NCBI GenBank assembly: GCA_008632985.1
Contig: QPGO01000341.1
Span: forward strand, 1-51,929
DNA length: 51,929 bases
DNA from: Psammoneis japonica
Lineage: Eukaryota
Reading direction: 5' to 3'
Shown here: piece after piece, positions 32,700 to 45,739 of the stretch
Layout: each line of letters begins with the position of its first letter
Numbering within the stretch: the stretch's first letter is position 1
Translations under genes and position numbers: made by a program
The notes under the pieces: generated by a model
The model's database searches: none
What the model was told of the DNA's origin: nothing
What the model saw: the letters and a program-made list of their open reading frames with translations, nothing else

Positions 32700-35185
32700 C
32701 TGTCAATTCTGTTGTGTGTCTCTGCAGCCTAAAACTCTGTGTGCCCACACACTTCCTTTGTGCCACAGAGATCTGACACAGATCAAAATTGTTGCAGAAA
32801 CCAGAGCCCAATGTTGTGCTTGTCAAAATGACACTGTGGACACCAAACAAATTGCTGCTGTGGTTGCCACTGCCACCCCTGTTGCAATCCAGCCTCTTGT
32901 TGACACCAAGAACAATCCTCCAGCAGGCAACTTTGCTGGATCTCTGGCTTCAGCATGTGATGCCTTGCTCAATTGTGGTTGCCGAGGCAATGTGGATGTC
33001 TTCAAGAGTGCTGCCAAGCCTCCACCTGCTGCTTTCAGCACCAGAAAGCCAAACATCCAAGCATTGCTCAATGAACTTTCTACAAGGTCCAAAGCTTTTG
33101 GCTGGAGCAACATCCCAATGATCAGTGTCAATCAAGGAGTCACAGGACAGGAGCTGCAGCTCAGAACTGAAAAATGCTTGCATCCTGCAGCAACATCACA
33201 CCAGCACAGATCCGCGCAGTGTCCATGACCTGCATCAATGGACAGAATCATGGGTCTCAGAACAACTGTCAGTTGCATCCATGCCTTCATTGCTCTGTGG
33301 ATGAGTCTGCCAAGCAAGCCATGGCAAATGAATCCAAGCAATGTTGCAGTGGTGACAAGGACTGCTGCAGCACATTGTGTCTCAAGCCCCCACTTTCAAA
33401 GGCTGAGATTGATGTGCATGCAGCAGCCTCTCACATTCACTCTGAGCTGACTGCCTTGAACAGCTGCATGGCAGACACAGTCAAGCACATTGTCAAAGCA
33501 TTCAACAAGCATGCAAGGGACAGAATCAAACCCCTGTGTCAGATGAGCCCAACTGTGAATGAAGGTGGCAGTCAGGTTTGGAGTCAATCTGTGTGATGCT
33601 GTTTGTCATGCTTTTCATGATCCTGGCCTGTGCCAATGAGATTCTGGAATCAACATTGATGAAAGTGATCCCCATTGTGGTCAACATGATTGGCAGTGCA
33701 TGCGATCTGCTGCACTTCTCATCTGACTTAGCCCAACCTCATTGTCCTGACTTCAGCTCCAAACCTCAAGTCCAAAGATGACAAACTTGTTGCAAAACTT
33801 GTTCTGCTTGTCAACGCCAATGTGTTTGCTGCAAACAGGGTGGATGCATCATGCACAAAGTTGTGTGCATCAGCTTCTGCTGCCTGTGAACTGGTCCTCC
33901 GATGCTCCTCTGCCACTGACACCAAGCAATGTGCTGCCTGCAATGACCACAGCTGTGATGCAGACTTGTTTCTTGTTGGCATTGATGATCATGCTTCATG
34001 TTGCCCAACCAACAACAAGTCTGACTGCATTTTGCCAACAACAAAAGTTCATGTCAACGTCAAGGGCATTTCTGGTGTTGTGATTGCCTCCCACAAAGAA
34101 GCTGTCCACTGGAGCATCCAAGACAAAAAAGGTGAGAACCATGCCTTGCATGTCCCTGGTGTCCACTGCACCCCCAACCTGCCAACGTGGCTCCTGTCTC
34201 CGCAACACCTGGCTCAAGCTCCCAAGCCACAAGAGCACACCCATGAAGGGACGACTCATCCAATGACCATGAACAACCGCATTGTTCTTGAGTGGATGGG
34301 CTGGAAATGCATGTGGTTGGTCCCCCTCAACAAAAGCAGCATTGGCATCTTTTGCTCTGCCCCTTCTTTCAAGTCTCTTTGGGCTCTGTGCGAAACATGC
34401 AACTGTCATCATGACGAAAATTTTTGTGCTTTCCAAGCAAACATCCCTGTGTCCAATGACAACACCTGCCCCTGACCCTGCTGCTGCTTCCACACATGCT
34501 GCTTTGCCTGATGGGGTCCAAGAGCATGCCAAGCATCACTCCAAATCAACCAATGTCCATGCAGGCTTGTGGGCCCAGGGGTTTGTCTGGAACACATGGG
34601 TTGCAAGCTGTTGCCACTGCGCATGTGCCATGCAATGTGTGTGGTGGGTCAACGCACACACCAAGTGCAGCAGCTCTGTGGCCCTCACCCAAAACTGGGC
34701 CCCAGCCTTTTTTCCTGGGAGACTCCTCTTTTGGTTAAAAAAAAATTCCCCCCTGAACCCATGAGCCTGCCATGTCCATGCTGACAAAGTTCCTGGCGTG
34801 ACACTGCTCTTCCAAGTGATGCAGCCAATGCTGCTGACAACTCAACACCTTCGCCAAGCATCAACGCGGTCAATTTTAACCTCAAAACAGACAACTCAGA
34901 AGCTGTTCTGGTTGTTGAGGATGACGAACTCATCACACCAACAAGTCCATTGCACAGAATGCTTCCATGGCAGTGCTGACTTGGACATCTCCCACTTTTG
35001 TGGATTAAAGCCAATGTGCTGCCTGTTGATTCAGAAAAGCAACAAAAGCACCATGGAAAGGCAAAGGCAACTTTGGACAAAACAAAATGTTCAAGGCTGC
35101 GGAACCTGGTCAGAGTGTGTCAGTTGATCAGCCAGATGCAGCAACACCAGGCCCAGTTGGTCAGTTGAAAGGATGGGCAACAACA

Positions 35186-35283
<98 letters not shown>

Positions 35284-35610
35284 GCAGCAGCAGCAGCAGC
35301 AGCAGGAATTGAGACTGTGGTGGTGAAGCAAGCCTTTGAAGCATTCTTGCAATCATCGCTCCGAGTGAAAATTCTTCACTGTCATGCAGATGATGGCTGT
35401 TTTGCTGACAATGCATGTCTCTCTGCTGTTAAAGAAGCAAGCCAAACAACGTCATTCTGTGGGATCAACGCTCTCTTTCAAAATGACAGGGCCAAGAAGA
35501 GAGTGTGCAACCTTCAAGATTCTGCCAGAGCAGAGCTGACTCAGGCAAAGCATTGGTGGCCAAACACAGTGGAAGTCACCCTGTGGCCTTGCACCATCTG
35601 ACATGCAAAC
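32700..35610 (+). mobile_element. Copia/Ty1 (CoDi-like) element C: gag, protease and integrase, truncated
   Basis: gag 'SQNNCQLH...SKAEIDVHAAASHIHSEL', protease 'FLVGIDDHAS...VKGISG...LLSPQHLAQ', integrase 'PGQSVSVDQ', 'HCHADDGCF...FCGINALFQN...LWP'. Confidence 0.9.
35189..35305 (+). repeat. Compound microsatellite (CAA)n(CAG)n, about 39 triplets
   Basis: Directly visible; lies inside the Copia C integrase. Confidence 0.97.
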
Positions 35611-38600
35611 ATGGTCTGTAAAAGGATGAGTGTTTCCAGAGCAGCTGCACTGGAGCTTGTGTTAAAATTTCTGCAACCTTGTTGGAAAGTGCCTCTCTCA
35701 CCTCAACAACAATGGTGTGAGCACTGTTGTCAGCTGCTGCATCCAGAAAAGAGACACTCACACACAAAGACTTCCATTTCCAGTGGGAAGCCATTGGGAA
35801 ATTGCAAATTGCACTGGCCACTCCTGCACACTTCAGCAAGACAGCTCCTGCAGCTCCAAAGCTTTCCATCCAACCATTGCCAATGGAGGGCACTTGCCAA
35901 GCCAGCAGGCCACTTTTGTCCTTTGCTGTCCCACACAAATCCATGCAGAGGTGTGAGCAGTGTGGCAGAGTTGTTGCTCTTGCTGCAGGCTGGGACTTTG
36001 TTGTGCCGGATCTTTGTTGTTTTGAGAAATGTGGCCACAGTTGTCTTCAGATGTCCTCAGGCTGTCCTCATGACATGTGTTTGTTGAAGGGGTCAGTGAC
36101 AAGTGACATCAGGTGCAGAAATGTCCAAGTCTTGCCAAACCATTTTCTTCCTGTTGCCAACCTGTGATGTGTGGGTGGTTGGTCATTTGCTTTTGATGAT
36201 GACACACAAAACATGCGCTGCTTTGAACCCTTTTTTGTTTGATGAGTGCACTTGATGAACATGTGGTGACTTGGCCAAACAAGAGATGAAATGCCATGGG
36301 GGTGCTCCGGCTGAGAAAAAGAACATGGGCTTTGCAACTGCCATGCAGGAGCACACCATGGACATGATAAAAAATGTTGCTGTGACACACAGAAACAGTG
36401 GTGCAGCAGAAGGGATGTTTGAAATGCCCCCCAAACAGAACTCAGATGCAACACAGAAACTGAGATGAGGGAAGAGGCATCTCCTCCTGCTGGCTTGCTG
36501 TGAAACAAAAAACAAGTGCCCTCACCATCATCTGACAGCAACTTGAGAATTCTCTGAACATGAGCTCCTTTGAGCTGCCACTTTTGGTGACCTCTGTCCT
36601 TGGCACAGCTTTGCTGGGCTTGTCAAGCTCTTTGTCTGCTGATGATGCCTCTTCTGCTGCACTCCAGGAATTCTTTCATGGGCCTTCTCATGACACTCCC
36701 AGCCACAAGCTCTTGTCAGCTCCACACTCTCATCAGCTGCTGAGAGCTGCACCCTGTTCTCTGTCCACTGCTTTGCAACACACATGCTGCTGCAAGTGAG
36801 AGAGCTGTCTCTTTGGAAGCTTGTCTTTGCTGCATCTCCTGTCAAACCTGCTGGTCCAGAGGAATGTTTGAGGGCAGACTGGCCACATTCCATCACATGC
36901 CACAAAACAGTCAGCAGCTTTGAAGCCAAGCAAAAGCATTTGCTGCTTGACAAACCACTGCCTGGAAGTGAGGCTTCTTGTGTTTGTGTGAAACAACAAA
37001 TGATGGCAGCATGTTGATGACCTGCTGCAGGAAGGGTTGGCCCTCATTGCCATCTGCTGATCCAAGAACCATGTCAGCAACAACAAAGTTTCAGTCATTG
37101 AAGAGCCCCTGTTGTGACAATTGTCAGCTTGTCACCATTTTGGACATGTCATGTTTCTTTTGTGGACAAAAAGCTTGCAACCGTTCATTGCTTCTTTGAA
37201 TGGGGTGACATGAATCTGCAGCTCAGCAGCTCCAAGATTGCAGACAGCTTCATGTCTTTTTCCCGCCCTTTCAACTGGCTTTGCAGTGAATTGACTGCCC
37301 ACCTCTGACTCTGTGCACCTGCTTTTGCAACAGAAATGCTCAAGTGTTTTCACATGTGTGGTCCTGGGGGTGCTTCCTGAAATGGCAAGTCTGCAACCTT
37401 TTCTTCATCACTGGCTTTGAACACCAAGCTCTTGCCGGGCTGAAAATGTTCTTTCTCAAACAAGTTGCCCTCTGGAGCTCCACAACTTTGCCTGCCACTC
37501 TCCTGAGTCTGCTGCTGCTCTTCCTCCTTTTCAGCTGGGCTAAACTTCTCCATCACTTTGCTTCTGCAGGAGCCCCCTCTGGCTTGGCCACTCTCTTGCA
37601 TCTGCTCCTGCTCCTCTCTCACAGCCAGGAAGTCTCTGAGCTCTTGCTGCTCCCCTCTTCCTCTTCACAGCCAGGCTGGCTCTGAACTCTTTCCTCTTCT
37701 CCTGTTTCCCTTTCTTGGCCACCACCAGCACCTCTTCACTCAATGTGCTCAGGATGCTCAAAAAGGGATGCTGGAAAACCAGCTGCTGCTGCCCCCTGTC
37801 ATCAAGCAACTTGTCTTCCTGCTCTGCAATGAAGCAATGCTGCAATGGGTTTCCTCTGCACCTGCCATCATTTGCCATTGTTTGCCATCATTTGGTGGCC
37901 ACCTTTCCTCAGCTCACACCTGCAATGGTGTTTTTTTTTTCCCTGGAATTGTGTTGTTTTTTTTGGCAAGCACAGGAAAATTGGTGACTGTGCTGTGTGC
38001 AAAAAGTGAGAAAGATGGGCAACTCTCTTTTGTCCTGACCAAATGGCTCCACCACATGGCTTGCCCTCCCAAATTCCTTCCTTGTCCTTGAAATCTCAGT
38101 TCTGCCAATCTTCTTGGGTGGCAAGATCATTGCTCTCCCAAAAGGTGTGCTTGCACATCTGGTTTGTTGTCTCTCAACAAAAAGAAGCTGAGCAGCATGT
38201 CTCATGGGTCAGGGAACAAATTGTCACTTCTTGTTGGCCACTCCAGCATGCTCCAGTTTTCAGCTGCTGTGGTCAGCATGTGCAGTGGACACCAGCCACA
38301 TCCAGCATGCTGAGTTTTGTGCCTTGCTTGTGCATGTGGGCTGATTTGTGGAAAGGACGTGCAAACAGCAAAGTTGCTGCACCAAACATGTTTTTCTTTC
38401 TGGAGTGCCACATTGCACAAGCTTCATGTGGTCAACTGTGGTGGCATGCAGCAATGCACTGGCAACATGGTGAGACTGCACACAGATCCCATGTGCACAC
38501 ACACTGCAGCAGTGTCAGGATCATGCACCACAGCAGCACATGGGGTGCCTGTGGCTCAACAATGCAGGCCATTGATGCAAGGATGATGACACGTGCAGGC

Positions 38601-39349
38601 ACAGCAATGCAAGCACAGCATGCATGTGCACACATGAAGACATGCAAACAACATTGGAGAAACTTCAATGCAGCTCTGACTCAAGGATGAACAATCAGCT
38701 TCAGGCAACATTTCAAACAGCCCATGCTTTGCTCATGTTGTTTTGTGAGCCTCTCTTGAGTGCCCCCAAACACTTGGGGCATGTTCATTGCCCACCAGGG
38801 CTGCAAGACCTTTGTGCAAACTGTGCTGATCAATCCTTGAATGCCAATTTTTGAATTTGCCACAGTTGGCACATTCAACAAACCACTTTTTTCAAAAATG
38901 CACTGATTGTGGTGGAGGACAAGGCACAACTTTCCAGGAAATGCCAACTAAGTCAGCTGCAGAGACACATCCAGAGTTGCCAAGCTGAGCACCATGCATG
39001 GCCATGATCATCATCTGTGCACTCTTTGTGGTCCCACAAATGGGCAGTTGTTGAAATTTTATTTGGCAAGCACATGTGATGATGCACTTGGGTTTTTTTC
39101 AAAATTTGTGCAAATTCTGGATGAAACCAACTGCAAACCAAATCAACCCAACTTCAGTGCAACCCAGGGTGCAAACCAACAAAACAATTTGCGCACAATT
39201 CCCATTCACACTGTTCCATTTTTCAGAGACAAACCAGCCTCACAACAACTTTTACATCCACAGCTTGTCCCATCACCTGACAGTGCACCAGGCACAGTGG
39301 TGTCACTCCCACAAGTGCCCAAGGTTGTGATGTCAGTCAAACCACCAAC

Positions 39350-40745
39350 CAATCAACCAACCATGAAGAAGCAGGTTGAGCCACACCAGCTCTGCTGAGG
39401 CATCTGGAGAAGAAGGCACTGTTGAAAGGAGAGTGCAAGACATGTGAGCTCAGGAACTTGCGAGCTGATGCTGTGACAGCCCAGTGCACAAATTGAATGT
39501 TCTGCACTTTTCCACTGGTGTGTGGGAAGTGCACATGCATTGATTCTGTGCAGTGCAGCTCAGGTTGGCCACATCATGGCAGGACAAAATGGCACTTGTG
39601 CACATTAGATGTGGCTGCAAATCCAAAGGGTTGACGCCAGCGGTGGATGTGTGGGTGGTGTGGTTGCTTTCAAAAGAGAGCTTGTGCTTCCCAGGTGATG
39701 GCCAAATGTGAACATCAAGGCTGCTGGCTGCAAGCACAGTCATTGGAGCATCCTCAAGATTTGCTCCAGAACAGCAGTGCTCATGAGCTTGCTGACTTTT
39801 CAGTTTGAACACTTGCAATTTTAGCCTTCAGGCTCTTGCTTTTCCTCCAGAGTTGTTTGATGATTGCCAGCTTTTGTCATGCAACCCCAGCTTCACATTT
39901 TGAACATCTCAAGGACCCAGGACCAGCTGACAAACTGGCTCCAGCTGTTGATGGTGTTCTCACCTTCATTGCAGCATGCTCAAATGTCTTTTTGTGTGAG
40001 CTGCCCTTGTTGCACATGATGTGTGCTTCCACTTTTTATGTGCACAGCTGAAACTTGTGCCCACTGCAGAGTCCATTGGACATCCCATTTGAGTTTTCTT
40101 TTGTCTGATCCCAAGGTGGTGCCAAAGCAGGTTGTTGCATCAAACCACTCTGCAGCAGTGCTTCTTGAAGTGTGATTTCACTGCTCTGGGCCATGATGGT
40201 GGCCCGAGACACCAGAACCCTTGTGCAAGGTGCATGACTTGTGTTGTTGCAGCTGGAAAAGGTGAGCTTCTTGCCACCACTTGGGCTGCTTTTCCATTGC
40301 TTCTTGGTTGGCAGTTTGGACTCAGGTGGCTCATCATCGCCAGCAGGCATCAGCTGATCAACAGTTGACAACAACTCACTGCTCAACTCACCTTTGCAAG
40401 AAATTTCATCTTTCTTGGTGTTTTTTGCATGAGTTGACCTCTGAAGCTGCAGGATTCTTGTCGGCTCACTCTCTTTTGCACACGTTTGTACACGTGTGCC
40501 AGGTTTCAATGTGCCGCAGTCATCCACCACCAAGAATTGACCAATCATAAAGAAGTGGGCTGAGAGCTGTGAATTCCTCTGTGACATTTGGAGAAGAGAA
40601 GAGGCACTGTCAAAAGGAGAGTGCCAGACATTTGAGCTCAGGAACCCTCCAGCTAATGCGGACAGTCCTGGTCTTGAACTGCGTTTTCTGCACTTTTCTG
40701 CAGGTGCATGTTGAGAGCACCTGTTGTTCCTGTGCAGTGTGCAAA
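39350..40745 (+). repeat. Pair of diverged ~200-bp direct repeats (~39350-39560 and ~40535-40745) within unclassified eroded DNA
   Basis: Shared 'tggagaaga...aggcactgt..aaaggagagtgc.agacat.tgagctcaggaac...ttctgcactttt...ctgtgcagtg'. Confidence 0.7.
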
Positions 40746-41299
40746 CCATGTTGTGGCGGAGCAAAACAGTCTTGCCCTTGGTCTGGAGAAGCTTCAGCTT
40801 GTACACCAGCTGCTTGAAAGCAGTGCCTTGACCATCTTTGATGATGCATCTAAAGGACACATCAATCAGAGACCAGTGCATCATTTGAGGTGTGAATCAC
40901 CATTTCCAAATTTGTTCATTTCTGCACAAGCACAGAACAAGTTGAAGTTGCCAAAGTCAAGCAGGAAAAGGTCATGCCAAGGTTCTCCCAGGCAACAAGG
41001 CTGCAGAGCAAACAGCCATTGGTTGCTGATTGCCAACCAGGAGAAAGTCATCAAATGCTGCATGCCACACCACATGGTGACATCCAGATGCAGCACAGTG
41101 TGGAAGAATGTTGCAGCCTGAAGTGCCAAGCAAAATGTCTTGAGATGACTCACACAGATGGCAGGAACAAGCTGTCCACATAGAAACCACATTGCAATGA
41201 GGAGCTCAATCCAGTCATCATTTGAGCAAGGGCTGAAGATGTGCTCATGAGATCCACAAGGCAAAATGCAAGGCTGGTGCAACAGGACTTGATGGTGGC

Positions 41300-44200
41300 C
41301 AAAAAGCAAAGCTGCTGATCCCTCAAAACAAGCGCAAGTCCTTGTTCAACATGGCAAATCTGGTGGATGGAAAAGGGGGTCCTTGCCACATCCAGCTCAC
41401 AGAGGATGCTGAACCATGTCACAGACATCTTTGCATGTGAAGCAATGCTGCAAGAGGAAGCAGAGTGCCTGCGTGAAGTTGGTGTCCTTGAATGTGTTGG
41501 TCATTTGCAGTGGGCAGCTCCATCATTTGTCATGCCAATGAAAGATTTGACAGCATGGTTTGTTGACAATTTTCAAGAGCTTGGCAAAAGAATTGAAAGA
41601 TTTCCCCACCCAGTTGTCCCCCACATCCAGGGTGCAGTGCTGCTCAAGCTCAAAGGCTGTGTGTGGGCAAGCAATGTGTTGGATCTCAGTGTGGGACACT
41701 GTCACATTTGACTTGGATCCAGGTCCTGCCAGTGGGCCGCTGCAACTCACCTGATGTTCAAGATGCCAGGGCCATTTGAAGATTTGTTTTTCATGTGTGC
41801 ACACTCAGATGACATCCTTGCAGTCATGAAAGGCACTTGCAAAGACCACTTGGAGAAATCTGCAGCCACTCTGCAGTGTGTGTGCAATGCGGGCTCCAGG
41901 TCAATGCAAGAGAATTGCTTTTTGTCAAACCCAGCTGGGGCACCTGGGCCACATGGTCAGACAAGAAAGGATGAACCCAATGCCATGTAAAGTCAACACT
42001 GTTGAGCACATTGCAAAGCCCACCAATGAGCAACAACTTTGTTCATTTGTTGGCATGGTGAGCTGCTGCTGCAACATGTGGCTGAGATGTTCTGAAATCT
42101 TGTCACCACTTGCAAGATGTGCAGGTGTGGGACTTTTTGATTGGAGTGGATGCTGGTCAAGGGTGAAGCATTTAAAGCCACCAAAAGAGTGTCATTGGAC
42201 AATGTCTCATCAGCACATTCAGATTTCAACAAGCCATCTGAGGCTCATGAAAATGCCTCCAAATGTGAACTTGGAGCAAAAACTCATTGTCTTTTGCATC
42301 AGAAAGCCCAGTGGCATGGTGCAGCTGAGCTGTGCAATGACAAACAGACAGAGAGGGGATCATTTGCTGTCCTAAAGACATCAAAAGAAATTTGGTTTTG
42401 TTCCTTGGTCAATGTGCACACTTGTTGTGTGTGCTGATTGCAAATGCCTCACATCATGTGGAGCATTTGATGCCCAATGTGTCATGTGTTTGCAGTTGAT
42501 GTGCAATGAGTGCAGCCCCAAGTCACAGCACATCAAGGGGCATCATCACCTGGTTGCACATGCCCTCAGCCATCTGGCAATGCAACCCACCAGCAGTGGA
42601 GATGCTGGCTTTGCACCCTTCGTGTGAAGCACTCACTTTGCAGATGATCACAGTGCTGCCAGCAAGCTTTGTGCAAATGAAAAAAAACAAAGATCAGAAT
42701 TTTTAGCACTGCCACTTCATTGCCAGCTGGGCCAGTGCTGGTCCACCCACACTCCCAGCATGCTGCTTCAGTGTGGCAGGAGCTTGTGCAGGATCAGCCA
42801 GACTGGGTGCCACCAGAAGGTGATGCCCCACCAAAATGACTGAAAACGAATGACTTGCACAAGGAGGTTGTTGTGTGCTTGTTGGTGACAGCCACAGAGG
42901 GCATGCCATCACAACTGCAAAAGGACAATGGCACTCATGCAGGTTTTCAAAAGAAGCAACAAGACACTTTGGAACATGCTGCCAAAACAAGCACAAACTT
43001 GGATTGCAAGGCCACTCATTCTTGACCAAGAAGAATCACAACAATGACAAGAAGCTTGGCCCTCAAAGCAGTGAGGAGCTGAGACAGCTGGCAAGCAGAG
43101 GAGGAAAGATTGTGCAGGAGTTGGATGCATTGAGCCAGGAGCCTTGAAGGCAAGGTGGGCAGGCAATCAGGAAAAACATTCACAAGGGGCAGCAACAGAG
43201 GCAGCACTTTCTAACCCCAAAGAGTGAAGAACTTGATTGAACAGCAAAGAAAAGAGGGTGGAATTGAAGACTGACTGGCATGGGTGGAAGCAGTCATCCA
43301 GAGTTGTGACAAGCAGACAATCAGCAACTTTGCACAGAAACACAGCCAGATCTTGTGCAGAAATGCCAACAGGCACAGCAAATGGATGACAATCAAAGGA
43401 CACTGAAGGATGACTCATGCTTGTGCCAGAAAGCACCACAAGCAACAGAGGCAGTGCTTTCACCCTAGAGAGTGAGGGGAAAAGAAGCAGCATGGAAGAC
43501 CTGCTGGCATGGACAGAAGCAGTCCAGAGATGTGATGATGTGCAGATTGTCAACAGTTTCTCCTGAACTGTGTGGAAGTTGTGCTGAAACCTGTGTAGAA
43601 AATTTCTGAGATGACAGAAAATTGAGAGCAACAAATGTTGCTTGCAATGCTGCAGTGAGGTTGAGGCTGTCATTGGCAAAACAAAATGGGCTTGTTGGAG
43701 CTGACATCACACTGTCTGAGAAGGGCAACATCAGCACAAGAAGTTGTGCAGAAAACCATGTAGAGACAGGGGTGTGCAGCTGACATCAAAAAGTGTGATT
43801 GTAAAAAGAACAGCTGCCTGTTTGCTGAAATGTGCTGCACTCCAGTGTGCACTTCACCTGTGTGCTTTGTGGGGGAGGCACACAATGACAGCCGGCATGC
43901 CACAAGGACAAAATTGTTGTGCTGGAGGTGTTGACAAAATCTCCAGCTGAGTGGTGCCTGAACAGCTGCACTGCCCTGCAAGACATGTGCAGAAACACCC
44001 ACTGCCCATCACTTGCATTGGCCTGGCATCATGAGGGCTGCAGGGCATTCTGCATGTGTGAAGTGCAAACAATGCCAGGAGATGAAATGCCAAGCACAAC
44101 CAGCATTGCAAGAAGCTGCCAGAAAAAGCAGCCAAGACAATCCTGTGGGAGACCTTGCTTTTGGATGTGACAGGGGGTCCCACCAAATTGAGCAATGCAG

Positions 44201-44830
44201 AAAAAACACTCTGCAAAGGTGTGCAGCAGCAACTGTGATTGCCCTGCCAGCAGAGTGGCTCAAGTGCCAAGATTTCAAAAGTGTGTGCCAAACATGCAGG
44301 TGTCACAGAGTCACAGCAAATGTCACAGAGCAAACCTGGCCATGCAGGCATCCAAATCCACAGGTGAGCACTTCTGCGAAATGCACACACCAGACACTTG
44401 GAGATGTGGTGTGCTTGTTTTCAGTGAAGGACATGGAGTTGGACAAGGGCAGCCCATGGAAGGGCATCCTTTCAGCCACAGCTTTTGCCATGCATGCTGC
44501 ATCACATGCCGCTGCATGGGCAAATCCCAAACAACAGGTCTTTGACACAACGCAGCTCTTTTGTCTGTCACCCTTTGTGCCAAGTGGAAGCCCACCTGAT
44601 GCAGAAAGCCAAGCTGATGCACTCAAATGACAAATGCAAAAAGAGCATGAAACAAAAGGAGTGCCAACACACCACAGGGCAGTTGGTGCTTGCTGTCAAA
44701 CAAGGGCAAAAGACAAAACACAGAACTGGCTGTCATGCAGGTCCTGCCAGTGTTGTTAGCATGAGTGACAGCACCACTTTGCATGCACAAGATGGTGTGC
44801 TGACACAGACATGTGCAATCTGCACCAGAC
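41300..44830 (+). mobile_element. Gypsy/Ty3 remnant: RT and RNase H (~41300-42590), integrase (~44080-44830), with unrelated eroded DNA between
   Basis: 'WAAPSFVMP..D...FV..FQEL.KRI.RFPHP', 'LDLSVGHCHI', 'AHSDDIL' (degraded YLDD), 'LGHLGH', 'DFNKP', 'HIKGHHHLVAHALSHL', 'HQTLGD...PWKGILSATAFAM'. Confidence 0.88.
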
Positions 44831-45620
44831 TGTGCACTGCCATGCCACATCACACATTTCTTGATGCAACATTTCTGATGAGCACTGCTGGTTGATGCAC
44901 TGCTGGAATGGCCCATTTTGCTCAAACTGCAGGGGTCGTTGGCCCCAAGTTTGCATGAGAGGCCCATGAACAAACATGACGACATTGTGGTGGCAGCATT
45001 GTCAGCACTTCTTCACTGCAAGGCAACAGCACAATGTTGTTTTTGACACAACAACACAGATGAGTGCCAACAGCTGGTGCATTAGAATGGTGGCCCATTT
45101 TGCTCAAACTGCAGGAGCTTGTCATTTTGTTCAACTTGTGTGAGGCCAACACCACTTTCATGATGATGTTGCAAGCACTTTGCTGCAGCCTTGTTGCAGT
45201 GTGTTTTTCTTTACAACACAGATGAGTGCTGATGGCTGGCACAAGAGAGAACAACCAAATTTGCTCAAACTGCAGGAGTCACTGTTGCACTCTCAAATTT
45301 GAATGAAAGGCCAGTGGTGCCAACACGATGACAACATGACAATGGCACATCAGAAATTTCCCACAGCTGCACACAGCAGCATGTCTTACATGATGTGACA
45401 AAAGCGCAGAGATGAGCATTGATGGCTGACACAAAGGATCAGCCTGTTTTGCTCAAACTGCAGGAGTTCATCACATTCTTGTTCAAGCTTGCATGAGGCA
45501 GCCAACAGCAAGTTTTTATGATGATGATGTGTGGCAGAGTTGTCAGCACTTTCTTGCAGCCTTGCCACAGTGTGTCTTTCTTGATGTGACAGCACAAATG
45601 AGTGTTGATGAACCTGTCAT
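44830..45620. repeat. Degenerate tandem array of about 4-5 units of ~160-190 bp
   Basis: 'tttgctcaaactgcagg' recurs at ~44917, 45098, 45260 and 45448; a 'gatgag(ca/tg)' motif recurs at ~44878, 45059, 45221, 45411 and 45597. Confidence 0.85.
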
Positions 45621-45739
45621 GTTCTGGCACACAACAGCAATTTAGGGATGCACTGGGCAGCAACAATGTTGCTGTCATTGGCACATTGCCAATGTGCACC
45701 TGAAATGCTGGTCAGCAAGCTTGGCTGCTGCACTGCCCC

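Noticed and set aside
35087..35601. PolyQ/polyT/polyL/polyC proteins
   Set aside because: Translations of a microsatellite inside a dead integrase.
44830..45620. CRISPR-like array
   Set aside because: The spacers are long and homologous to each other, there are no cas genes, and the context is eukaryotic.
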